Source: Dehalococcoidia bacterium
GTDB lineage: Bacteria > Chloroflexota > Dehalococcoidia > SM23-28-2 > RBG-16-64-32
Assembly: GCA_040882565.1 (NCBI GenBank)
Contig: JBBEAZ010000024.1
Location: 196,857-260,856, forward strand
Direction: 5' to 3'
DNA length: 64,000 nucleotides
Shown here: positions 17,792 to 27,957 of the stretch, piece by piece
Numbering within the stretch: the first letter of the stretch is position 1
How the letters are laid out: each line of letters starts with the position of its first letter
The notes under the pieces: generated by a model
The model's input: the letters and a program-made list of their open reading frames with translations, nothing else
Databases searched by the model: none
Told to the model about the DNA's origin: nothing
Translations under genes and position numbers: made by a program

Positions 17792-18292
17792 ATGAACAAC
17801 CAAACGTCGGTGGCGCAATTCAGAATGGTGGGAAACACCGTCTCCATCCCGGTCCTGCTTGCCTTAATTGCGTTGAGTCTGCCTCTGCTTGCCGTAGCGT
17901 TCCTCAACACAGGGACAATCGTCGGAGGCGTCCTGGGTGGGATTGGCGGGACATTCGTGGTCTTGGCGGTAGTGCTTTGGTGCATGCGGTCCAACAGCAG
18001 AGGTAATGTCTTGATCGCAGAAGAAGGACTCACGGTCGGCAGTTTGGGGCGACGAGACATGTATCCGTGGGATCATATTTCGGCGATTGAGCCGGTTGAG
18101 CGCTCGGTCATGTTCGGTTCGAACGACAAGCTGATAGCCAAGATCCCGCTCCTACGAATAAGGCTACGCGGCCCATTCGGCGTTTCACCACTTGCAAGGA
18201 CGGTTCTCATACGCGTGGAGGATCCAGAGGCGTTTCTTTCGGCGGCACATCGCTTCATGGGCGCTCGCCTCTCGAGTCGTAGCCGTCATTGA
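17792..18292 (+). CDS. Hypothetical membrane protein (two TM helices + PH-like soluble part)
   Basis: ORF 17750..18292 trimmed to ATG 17792. Hydrophobic segments VSIPVLLALIALSLPLLAVAFL and GGVLGGIGGTFVVLAVVLW. No family assignment. Confidence 0.45.
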   Translation: MNNQTSVAQFRMVGNTVSIPVLLALIALSLPLLAVAFLNTGTIVGGVLGGIGGTFVVLAVVLWCMRSNSRGNVLIAEEGLTVGSLGRRDMYPWDHISAIEPVERSVMFGSNDKLIAKIPLLRIRLRGPFGVSPLARTVLIRVEDPEAFLSAAHRFMGARLSSRSRH

Positions 18293-18323
18293 GCTACGGC
18301 CGCCGCCCTCGCGAGTAGCCGGC

Positions 18324-18407
18324 GGGCCAGCGTGGCGCGCACGAGACGCGAGTTTGCGGGGCGTGGCAGACTACGGATGGCACGCTCGTCATCGATCAAG
18401 GCGGTGG
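18324..18407. repeat. 84-bp structured direct repeat, copy 1
   Basis: gggccagcgtggcgcgcacgagacgcgagtttgcggggcgtggcagactacggatggcacgctcgtcatcgatcaaggcggtgg. Aligns base for base, with about 8 differences, to 18957-19040. Internal hairpin GCGTGGCA-gactacgga-TGGCACGC. Confidence 0.75.
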
Positions 18408-18447
18408 CGGGTTTGTCGTGGATGGGGGTGGGGATAGAGGTGCGAGA

Positions 18448-18917
18448 ATGGCCGACATGAACCCAGCCACATGCGTTCGACTCGACTTCGAAGTCGATCC
18501 CGAGATGCTGGAAGAGAGCAGGGGGCTCCACCCGGCCGCGCGCGACTACGGAGACCTAATGCAAATCCTGTTCGCAATGCCGATCACCCTACAAGTGGAT
18601 GGCGTTGTGCTGCTAGAGCGTCTCCACCGGCCGATCGCGTACGTCGCGGCTGAAGGGGTTGAACAGCTGAAAGACTTCCGAGCTCCAAGCGCGTGTACAT
18701 GTTATTCCCACTTGGCCGGGGCTTGTCATTCGAACTTCGCCGGGACGACACTGTGAGCGTCAAAGCAATGTTTGACGGAGCGCAGGCACTGGCCAACGAT
18801 GGCGAATTGCTAGCGGCCTGGCTCGCCTTCGAACGAAAGGTTAAGGACTTCCTGCTGTCGGAAGTACCAGACTATCGTACGCATCCCAAGGTTGGCCCCT
18901 GGATCAATTCGCGGTGA
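18448..18917 (+). pseudogene. Hypothetical gene split by a frameshift
   Basis: Two overlapping ORFs (18418..18756 and 18693..18917) read as one protein if one frame change near 18680-18700 is allowed: ...AAEGVEQLKDFRAPS / RVYMLFPLGRGLSFELRRDDTVSVKAMFDG.... Lower-GC cassette between the two 84-bp repeats. Confidence 0.35.
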
Positions 18918-18956
18918 GATGCGCCGCCGCGGTCCGCGCCTCGGCAGGAGTGTGCC

Positions 18957-19040
18957 GGGCCAGCGTGGCGCGAGCGAGACGCAAGTTTGCGGGACGTGGC
19001 AGACTACGGATGGCACGTGCGTCATCGAGCAAGGCGGTGG
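18957..19040. repeat. 84-bp structured direct repeat, copy 2
   Basis: gggccagcgtggcgcgagcgagacgcaagtttgcgggacgtggcagactacggatggcacgtgcgtcatcgagcaaggcggtgg. The hairpin here is ACGTGGCA-gactacgga-TGGCACGT, so the outer G-C pair of copy 1 is an A-T pair. Confidence 0.75.
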
Positions 19041-19308
19041 GGAACGGCGAGCGTTGCGCTACGGCGGGGGCGGCATGATTTGAGGCAGGGCTGAAGCCGC
19101 TGCGGCTACGACGGGAGGGTGTTGAGGCGGGGCGCCGGGCGAGAGGCGTTTGTGGGTCGGCGGGCGCTGCACCGCGCCGGGCGTAGCACTCGCCCAATCG
19201 GGATTGTGGGGGGAGGCGGCACGTGCTGCGCCCCTACGACGACCGCGCCGCGATTGTAAACGCCCGTCCTCTAGACGCGCGCGGCGGCGCTCGGCCATAA
19301 TCGCGGCG

Positions 19309-20436
19309 ATGAACCGCATTGTGCGACGGGTGCGCGGCCGCGCTGAGCTGGCGCGCTGGCTGGCCGCGGGGCGGCTTGCCGGGACGCTCGTGCGCGGCAA
19401 GAAGCAGGGCGTGAACCGCGCGATCGTCGCGGAGACGTGGAAGGCGGTGGCGGACGGGGCGCACAATTCGAACACGGACCTGACGTTCTGGAACGGCAAG
19501 TTCTACCTCTGCCACCAGACATCGCCGTACCACCTCGGATCGCACCGCAGCCGGATGCTGTTGTGGCGCTCGGACGATGCGCACACATGGGAGAAGGTGA
19601 GGGAGTTCCGGCACCCGGACATCGAGTACCGGGACCCGACGTTCGGGCAGATCGGCGAGCGGCTGTTCCTGTACTTCCTGCCGAACCGCGGCCGCAACCC
19701 CGAGCCGTACTCGACCGACCTGACGTGGAGCACGGACGGCACGACGTGGGAGGAGCCGCGCGAAGTCAACACGCCGGGCTGGCTGTACTGGCGGCCGAAG
19801 ACGCTCGACAACAAGACGTGGTACGTGACCGCCTACTGGCACGAGCACGGGCGCTCGCAGCTGCTGAAGTCGGAGGACGGGATCACGTGGAAGCACGTGT
19901 CGTACATCTGGGAGGGCGAGCGCAACGACGAGACGGACTTCGAGTTCATGGCCGACGAGCGGATCATCTCGACCGCGCGGCTCGAAGCCGGAGGCACCTG
20001 GCGCGGGGACAAGGAAGCGTCGACGCTGATCTCGGTCGCCGAGCCGCCGTACACGACGTGGACGCACGCCAAGAGCACGGTGACGCGCTTCGACGGGCCG
20101 TGCCTGTTCGCGTACAACGGCCGCGTGTACGGCGTGGGGCGCTACCAGGCGAGTTTCGCTCCACGGTACGCCGAGCAGGGCGGGCTGTTCGCGAAGAAGC
20201 GGACCTCGATCTTCCTGGTCGAGCCGGAGCGGCTAGTGCACCTGACGGACCTGCCGAGCGCCGGCGATACTTCGTACGCCGGGGTCGTAATCCGTGGTGA
20301 CGACCTGTACGTCTCGTACTACTCGAGCAACGTGAAGCGCGACCCGGTGTGGGTCAACGGGATATTCCAGCGATCCGACATCCTGATGGCGCGGGTGACG
20401 CTGCCGGCGCTCGAGAACCTCGCGAAGTCGGTATGA
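19309..20436 (+). CDS. BNR/Asp-box repeat protein (sialidase-like beta-propeller)
   Basis: ORF 19150..20436 trimmed to ATG 19309 (MNRIVRR...). Three clear Asp-boxes (SxDxxxTW): RSDDAHTWE, STDGTTWEE, SEDGITWKH. Confidence 0.6.
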   Translation: MNRIVRRVRGRAELARWLAAGRLAGTLVRGKKQGVNRAIVAETWKAVADGAHNSNTDLTFWNGKFYLCHQTSPYHLGSHRSRMLLWRSDDAHTWEKVREFRHPDIEYRDPTFGQIGERLFLYFLPNRGRNPEPYSTDLTWSTDGTTWEEPREVNTPGWLYWRPKTLDNKTWYVTAYWHEHGRSQLLKSEDGITWKHVSYIWEGERNDETDFEFMADERIISTARLEAGGTWRGDKEASTLISVAEPPYTTWTHAKSTVTRFDGPCLFAYNGRVYGVGRYQASFAPRYAEQGGLFAKKRTSIFLVEPERLVHLTDLPSAGDTSYAGVVIRGDDLYVSYYSSNVKRDPVWVNGIFQRSDILMARVTLPALENLAKSV

Positions 20437-21174
20437 GCGAGCCGCTCAATGCGGAGGAAATCGCCGCTTTGCGGGCCTTCAGCACGCCGACCGTGTGCAA
20501 CGCGGTCGAGACGTTCAACGTGCGTCCATGGAGCGAGGGCTTCATGGACGGCACGATCGGCTGCCGCTTCCCGGAGCTGGGGCCGATGGTTGGCTACGCG
20601 GTGACGGCGAAGATGCGCGCGGCGAGCAAGCCGCAGACGCAGGTGCCGTTCGGGGAGGTCTGGGACGAGTTCGAGAAGACGCAGCGGCCGTGGGTGGTGG
20701 TGGTCGAGGACCTGGACCGGCCAAAGCCGGTGGGGTCGTTCTGGGGCGAGGTCAACGCGAGCGTTTACAAGCGGCTCGGGGCGGTTGGTTGCGTGACGAA
20801 CGGGGGCGTGCGCGACCTCGGCGACGTGCGCCCGCACGGGTTCCACTTCTTCTCGTCGTGCCTGCTGGTCTCGCACGCGTACCTGCACGTTGTCGAGGCG
20901 GGGACGCCGGTCAGCGTCGGCGGGCTAACGGTGCGGCCCGGCGACCTGCTGCACGGCGACGAAGCACGGCGTGACGTCCGTGCCGCACGAGATCGCGCGC
21001 GACTTGCCCGCGGCGTGCGGCAAGACCGAGGCGGCGGAGCGTGTGCTGATCGACTATGCGGAGTCAGCGGAGTCGACGGTGGAGGGGCTGCGGGGATGTA
21101 TGGGAGGGTGGACTAGGGGGGACAAATGGCGATCGGCCGGTTTGCGTTTGTGGCGCCCGATCGGAGCGTCCTAG
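20433..21174 (+). pseudogene. RraA family protein (RNase E regulator/aldolase-like), frameshifted
   Basis: MSEPLNAEEIAALRAFSTPTVCNAVE...GSFWGEVNASVYKRLGAVGCVTNGGVRDL...VRPGDLLHGD, then the family sequence continues in the +1 frame (ORF 20971..21174: VTSVPHEIARDLPAACGKTEAAE...). A one-base excess near 20955-20960 (gacGaagcacggc). Confidence 0.6.
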
Positions 21175-21246
21175 TTGTTCAGATCATCGCCAGCGTAGCG
21201 AGCGACCGACGGTCCGTCTCCGTTTCAGGTAGGATCGTGACTACGC

Positions 21247-21444
21247 ATGAACTTCGTTGAGTCTCTGGGATTCGCACGCTTCGTTCTCCTCACGATGCTG
21301 GCGATGGTGTTCTTTGTGACCGTTGGGGCGTTGATCGACGGTACGGACCTAAGGACGTCGCTAACTTGGGGGATCCCCGGGGGGATCCTTTCTGGATTTG
21401 CAGCGGCAGCTTATGGCTGGAGCACGCGGCCTCGTCAGAAATGA
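21247..21444 (+). CDS. Small hypothetical membrane protein
   Basis: 65 aa with two hydrophobic helices (FARFVLLTMLAMVFFVTVGALI; GIPGGILSGFAAAAYGW). No homolog recognised. Confidence 0.3.
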   Translation: MNFVESLGFARFVLLTMLAMVFFVTVGALIDGTDLRTSLTWGIPGGILSGFAAAAYGWSTRPRQK

Positions 21445-21796
21445 GGCTGGTGCCGCTGCTTGGTCACGTCCCAATAACCGGCCAGGTCAGTCATCGACGG
21501 TAGACGCGGTTCCCTTTCGGCGGATCTCCGCCAGGTGCTTCTGAAAGGCGATTACGTCTTTGCGACACGATCAAGGCCGTGGCCGAGGTGAAGAGTGTTG
21601 ACGAGGAGATGCGCGACGTGAACGCAGCGTCGGCCAGACGGCTGTCGCGAGTGCTACATAGTCCGCTGGTTCGTCAGGGATGCCCTGTTCGCGGGCAAAG
21701 TCTTCAACTGACTTGTGCTTCGTCCCACCTGCGGCGAGCTCTCGGGTCCCTCGGCGATCTTGCCGTCGTACCATGATTCGTCCAGTTTACCGGATT

Positions 21797-22255
21797 CTAC
21801 GTGGCCGCTTCCGTCAGCGCCTCGGCGAGGGTATGCCACGCCAGCGTCGCGCACTTGATGCGGACGGGGAACTTGCGGACGCCGGACATCGCTTCGAGGT
21901 CGCCGAGGGACTCGGGGTCGATGTCCTCTTCGCCACGCATGAGCCCGGTGAAGTCGGCGATGAGCTTGCGGGCGTCATCGACGCGCTTGCCGGCGACGGC
22001 GTCGGTCATCATCGAGGCGGACGACTGGCTGATCGAGCAGCCGGAGCCGGTGTACGTGATGTCGGCGAGGGCGCCGTCCTTGACGAGGACGTCGATGGTG
22101 ACCTCGTCGCCGCAGAGGGGGTTCAGGCCCTCGTGGCTCGCCGAGGGCGAGGGGAGGCGGCCCTTGTGGCGGGGGTGGCGGTAGTGGTCGATGATGATCT
22201 CGCGATAGAGGTCATCGAGTTCGGCTTCCTGGCGGCGGAATTCTTCCTGCGTCAT
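21797..22255 (-). CDS. sufU: SUF system Fe-S scaffold/sulfur acceptor SufU (IscU/NifU-like)
   Basis: ORF trimmed to ATG 22255 (MTQEEFRRQEAELDDLYREIIIDHYRHPRHKG). NPLCGDEV, GSGCSISQSSASMM and VRIKCATLAW are the three conserved Cys motifs. Confidence 0.85.
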   Translation of the reverse strand: MTQEEFRRQEAELDDLYREIIIDHYRHPRHKGRLPSPSASHEGLNPLCGDEVTIDVLVKDGALADITYTGSGCSISQSSASMMTDAVAGKRVDDARKLIADFTGLMRGEEDIDPESLGDLEAMSGVRKFPVRIKCATLAWHTLAEALTEAAT

Positions 22256-22314
22256 TGCATATCTATTGTCGCACGGCGGGCGGCGTCGTGGCCCCGCGTC
22301 CCGCTGGCGCGGGA

Positions 22315-22422
22315 CTCCCCGCCCCGCCCCCGAAGAAGTAAAGGGGTTTTCGGGGGACACCCCCGAACCCCCGGCAGCGTCCGTCGCTGCACCTCAGCGT
22401 TGGGCCTCTGCGGGTGTGGGAG
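22315..22422. repeat. GC-rich palindromic intergenic repeat, copy B (between sufS and sufU)
   Basis: Same core as 1472-1600. Hairpin-forming blocks ggggttttcggggg-aca-cccccgaacccc and gcagcg-tccgt-cgctgc. Confidence 0.6.
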
Positions 22423-22435
22423 TAACCCCGGGCTG

Positions 22436-23662
22436 CTATTTGAAGAAGTCGCGGGCGGCTTTGAGGGCTTCGACGAGGACTTCGACTTCTTCGGGGGTGT
22501 TGTAGATGTAGAAGCTGGCACGGGCGGTGCCGCTGATGCCAAGGCAGCGCATGAGGGGCTGGGTGCAGTGGTGGCCCGCGCGGATGGCGACGCCGTGGCG
22601 GTCGAGGATAGTGCCGACGTCGTGGGGGTGGAGGTCGCCGAAGTTGAAGGAGACGACGCCGCCGCGCTGCTCGGGATCGGGCGGGCCGTAGAGGGTGATG
22701 TCGTCGAACGTGCGGAGGCGGTCGAGGGCGTGGGCGGTGATCTCGATCTCGTGGCGACGGACGTTGTCCATGCCGAGGGCTTCGAGGTAGTCGATGGCGA
22801 CGCCGAAGGCGATGGCGTCGGCAATGTTGGGCGTGCCGGCCTCGAACTTCCAGGGCAGGTCGTTCCAGGTCGCCTCTTCAAAGGTCACCTTGCGGATCAT
22901 CTCGCCGCCGCCCATGAACGGCTGCATCTCCTCGAGCAGCTCGTGTCTCCCGTAGAGCACACCGATGCCGGTCGGGCCGAGCATCTTGTGAGAGGAGAAG
23001 GCGTAGAAGTCGGCGTCGAGGGCTTGCACGTCGACGGGCAGGTGCGGGGTCGCCTGCGCGCCGTCGACGAGGGTCGTGACGCCGCGCTTGCGCGCCTCGG
23101 CGACGATCTCGCCCGCGGGGTTGATGGTGCCGAGCGAGTTCGAGACGTGGGGCATCGCCAGCAGCTTCGTGCGCGGGGTGAACAGCGAGGAGAGCGGCCC
23201 GAGTTCGAGGGTGCCTTCGGGCGTGATCTCGATGTAGCGGATGCTGGCGCCCTTCTCCTTGGCGAGCTGGAGCCAGGGCACGAGGTTGGAGTGGTGCTCC
23301 ATCTGGGTGAGGATGATCTCGTCGCCCTCGTCGATGTTGGCGCGGCCCCAGGCGTAGGCGACGAGGTTGATGGCTTCGGTCGTGTTGCGCGTGAAGATGA
23401 TGCTCTCGGCGGTCGGGGCGTTGATGAAACGGCACACCTTCTCGCGCGCCTCTTCGTAGGCGGCGGTCGCCTCTTCGCCGAGGGCGTGGACGGCGCGGTG
23501 GATGTTGGAGTTGTAGCGCTCGTAGTAGTCGACCAGAGCCTCGATCACCTGCCGCGGCTTCTGCGAAGTCGCCGCGTTGTCGAGGTAGACGAGCGGCTTG
23601 CCGTAGACCTTGCGCTCGAGGATGGGGAAGTCCTTGCGGATGCGTGCGACGTCAAGGGTCAT
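22436..23662 (-). CDS. sufS: Cysteine desulfurase SufS (class V aminotransferase, group II)
   Basis: MTLDVARIRKDFPILERKVYGKPLVYLDNAATSQKP, SSHKMLGPTGIG (PLP lysine), RAGHHCTQP (active Cys). Confidence 0.9.
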   Translation of the reverse strand: MTLDVARIRKDFPILERKVYGKPLVYLDNAATSQKPRQVIEALVDYYERYNSNIHRAVHALGEEATAAYEEAREKVCRFINAPTAESIIFTRNTTEAINLVAYAWGRANIDEGDEIILTQMEHHSNLVPWLQLAKEKGASIRYIEITPEGTLELGPLSSLFTPRTKLLAMPHVSNSLGTINPAGEIVAEARKRGVTTLVDGAQATPHLPVDVQALDADFYAFSSHKMLGPTGIGVLYGRHELLEEMQPFMGGGEMIRKVTFEEATWNDLPWKFEAGTPNIADAIAFGVAIDYLEALGMDNVRRHEIEITAHALDRLRTFDDITLYGPPDPEQRGGVVSFNFGDLHPHDVGTILDRHGVAIRAGHHCTQPLMRCLGISGTARASFYIYNTPEEVEVLVEALKAARDFFK

Positions 23663-24165
23663 CGCGCCAGGCTCGTTCTCGCGAGCGCGGGTCGCAGGTG
23701 CTCAAGGTGCTCTTCGTCGTGGTGGTACCCAGAAAGAAACACTCCGAGACCCATCGCATCAGGCATGGTGCGGCTGGTTATCACCGGCGTGTTCTCGTCC
23801 GACTCGCCGACACGGGAAAGTAGCTCCAGAGTCTCCTCGCCTTCGCGTAGGACTTTGGCGATGAGTTCCTCGGTCGTTAACGCAGCCCCTCGCGCAAGGC
23901 TTGTGGCGATCCTCTCCTCACGCTTGGCGCTCTGGGGCCGCAGATCGTGGTCAGAATCATCCAGCACCGCGCGGACCACCATGTCACAGAACAAGTACCC
24001 TACCGCCAAGTGCGCCAGCACGTCCCGAAACGTCCAGCCCGCCACGGGGCTCGCCAGCTGCCAGGCGTCATCGGGTACTTCGCGCGCCACCTGGACGATC
24101 TCTTGCCGCGTTGATTGAAATCGCCTGGCAGCGGGCGCGACCCAGCTTGCGAACTCGGTGCTCAT
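23659..24165 (-). CDS. DinB family protein embedded in the suf operon
   Basis: ORF trimmed to ATG 24165 (MSTEFASWVAPAARRF...). WTFRDVLAHLAVGY and GYHHDEEHLEHL are DinB-type His motifs. ATGA overlaps with sufD upstream and sufS downstream. Confidence 0.65.
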   Translation of the reverse strand: MSTEFASWVAPAARRFQSTRQEIVQVAREVPDDAWQLASPVAGWTFRDVLAHLAVGYLFCDMVVRAVLDDSDHDLRPQSAKREERIATSLARGAALTTEELIAKVLREGEETLELLSRVGESDENTPVITSRTMPDAMGLGVFLSGYHHDEEHLEHLRPALARTSLAR

Positions 24166-25490
24166 CCGGCCCTCTCCCCGAAGCGCGGCAGGGCCAGCGT
24201 GGTGCGCTCGTCGAGCCACGTGCGAAGGGCCGCGAGCTTGACGCCGTCGAGGATCTCGCTGGCGAAGCCGCGGACGAGGAAGAGCATGGCCTGCTCGGGG
24301 TCGATGCCGCGGCTCTGCATGTAGAAGAGCGCGTCCTCGGCGATGGCGCCCGCGGTTGCGCCGTGGCCGCACTTGACGTCGTCGGCGTAGATCTCGAGGG
24401 CGGGCTTGCTGTCTACCTCGGCCTCGCGGGAGAGGAGGAGGTTCTTGTCCTCCTGGTAGGCGTCGGTCTTGTCGGCGCCGGGGCGGACGAAGACGGTGCC
24501 GCCGAAGACGGCCTTCGAGCTGCCGTCAAGGATGCCCTTGTAGTAGAGGCGGGACGTGTTGTGCGGCTTCGCGTGGTCGATCGTCACGAGGTTGTCGATG
24601 TGCTGATCGCCGGAGGTGACGTAGAGGCCGCGCAGCGCCGCGGACGAGCCGGTGTCGTCGAAAAGCACATCGGTATCCACGCGCACGAGGCCGCCGCCGG
24701 TCTCGTACGACAAGTTGGCGTAGTTGGTGTCGCGGCCCTGGTTCACGCGGACGTGGCCGACGTGGAAGGCGTTCGGGTTCTCGAGGAGCAGCCGGTAGTG
24801 GTCAACGGTCGCGCCGTCTTCCAGAGTGATCTCGGTGACGGCGTCCGTGAAGTGGTTCTGGTCACCGAGACTGATGTAGCTCTCTACGAGCGTCAGCTCA
24901 TTGAGCGCGGAGGCGACGACGAGCGCGCGCGGGAACGTTACCGGGTTACCGCGGTCCGACGTCAGGTAGACGACGTGCACCGGCGTCTTGACCGCCTGCG
25001 CAGCGTGGATGAACGCGCCGTCGCTGTGCATCGCGGTGTTCACACCGACGAAAGAGTCGTGGTTCACCTGGGCGTACTTGCCGAGGTGCGCTTCCACCAA
25101 CTGCGGCTGTGAACGCACTGCCTCAGAGAGGGGCGCGACGACGATGCCGGGCGCGTCCAGGCCAGTCGACAGTTCGGGCGCGAAGTGGCCGTCAACGAGC
25201 GCGATGCGGATGAAGCCGCTGTCGAACGGCAGCCGGGCCGCCAGTGCCGAGGCGGACACTTCCGCGCGATCGAAGGGATAGTCGAAGGAACCGCGGGCAA
25301 TCGGGCGGACGTCGGTGTACTTCCAGCCCTCGTTTCCCTTGCGCTCGACGGGGAAGCGGAACTGGAGGAAGCGCTCGAATCCCGAGTCGCGGAGGTCGGT
25401 CAACCATTGGGGTTCCTTGCCGGCGCGCTGTTCTTGGAGCTTACGGAAGTCAGTCTCGTACTGCTCGTACGTTTCGACGGCCTGGGCCAT
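24162..25490 (-). CDS. sufD: Fe-S cluster assembly protein SufD
   Basis: 442 aa between sufC and sufS. C-terminal SufB/D pattern ...LLLSREAEVDSKPALEIYADDVKCGHGATAG.IAEDALFYMQSRGI. Confidence 0.85.
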   Translation of the reverse strand: MAQAVETYEQYETDFRKLQEQRAGKEPQWLTDLRDSGFERFLQFRFPVERKGNEGWKYTDVRPIARGSFDYPFDRAEVSASALAARLPFDSGFIRIALVDGHFAPELSTGLDAPGIVVAPLSEAVRSQPQLVEAHLGKYAQVNHDSFVGVNTAMHSDGAFIHAAQAVKTPVHVVYLTSDRGNPVTFPRALVVASALNELTLVESYISLGDQNHFTDAVTEITLEDGATVDHYRLLLENPNAFHVGHVRVNQGRDTNYANLSYETGGGLVRVDTDVLFDDTGSSAALRGLYVTSGDQHIDNLVTIDHAKPHNTSRLYYKGILDGSSKAVFGGTVFVRPGADKTDAYQEDKNLLLSREAEVDSKPALEIYADDVKCGHGATAGAIAEDALFYMQSRGIDPEQAMLFLVRGFASEILDGVKLAALRTWLDERTTLALPRFGERAG

Positions 25491-25492
25491 GG

Positions 25493-27756
<2,264 letters not shown>

Positions 27757-27833
27757 CTGTTCTCCGTTGGGTGGGTGGCAATTGTGTGCGTATGTGGGGA
27801 TTAAGGAATATTAGACTGTTTTTATCTACTCAC

Positions 27834-27862
27834 ATTCTAGCATGGGGGGTGCACGCGTTCAA
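27834..27862 (-). promoter_or_regulatory. Sigma70-type promoter candidate for the suf operon
   Basis: On the minus strand: TTGAAC, 17 nt (gcgtgcaccccccatgc), TAGAAT. About 75-nt AT-richer leader before the sufB ATG. Confidence 0.55.
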
Positions 27863-27957
27863 CATAGGTGACCTATGACGGGCGTTTGACGCGCGTTAAA
27901 CGGCGCTGCTAAGTTGCGGACGGCGCCCGGGCCCTGTATCCGTGATTGGAGTTCTGC

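Noticed and set aside
18324-19040. Calling the 84-bp repeats integron attC sites (a CALIN-type cassette).
   Set aside because: There is no integrase nearby. I could not locate R''/R' core sites (RYYYAAC ... GTTRRRY) or the paired L boxes. Only two copies are visible. I kept them as unclassified structured repeats.
21446-21796. Possible small minus-strand gene downstream of sufU. Fragments: VESGKLDESWYDGKIAEG, KHKSVEDFAREQGIPDEPADYVAL, DVIAFQKHLAEIRRKG.
   Set aside because: The pieces lie in three different frames with stops between them, and I recognise no family. At best it is a decayed remnant. ORFs 21571..21774 (-) and 21654..21854 (-) are not convincing on their own.
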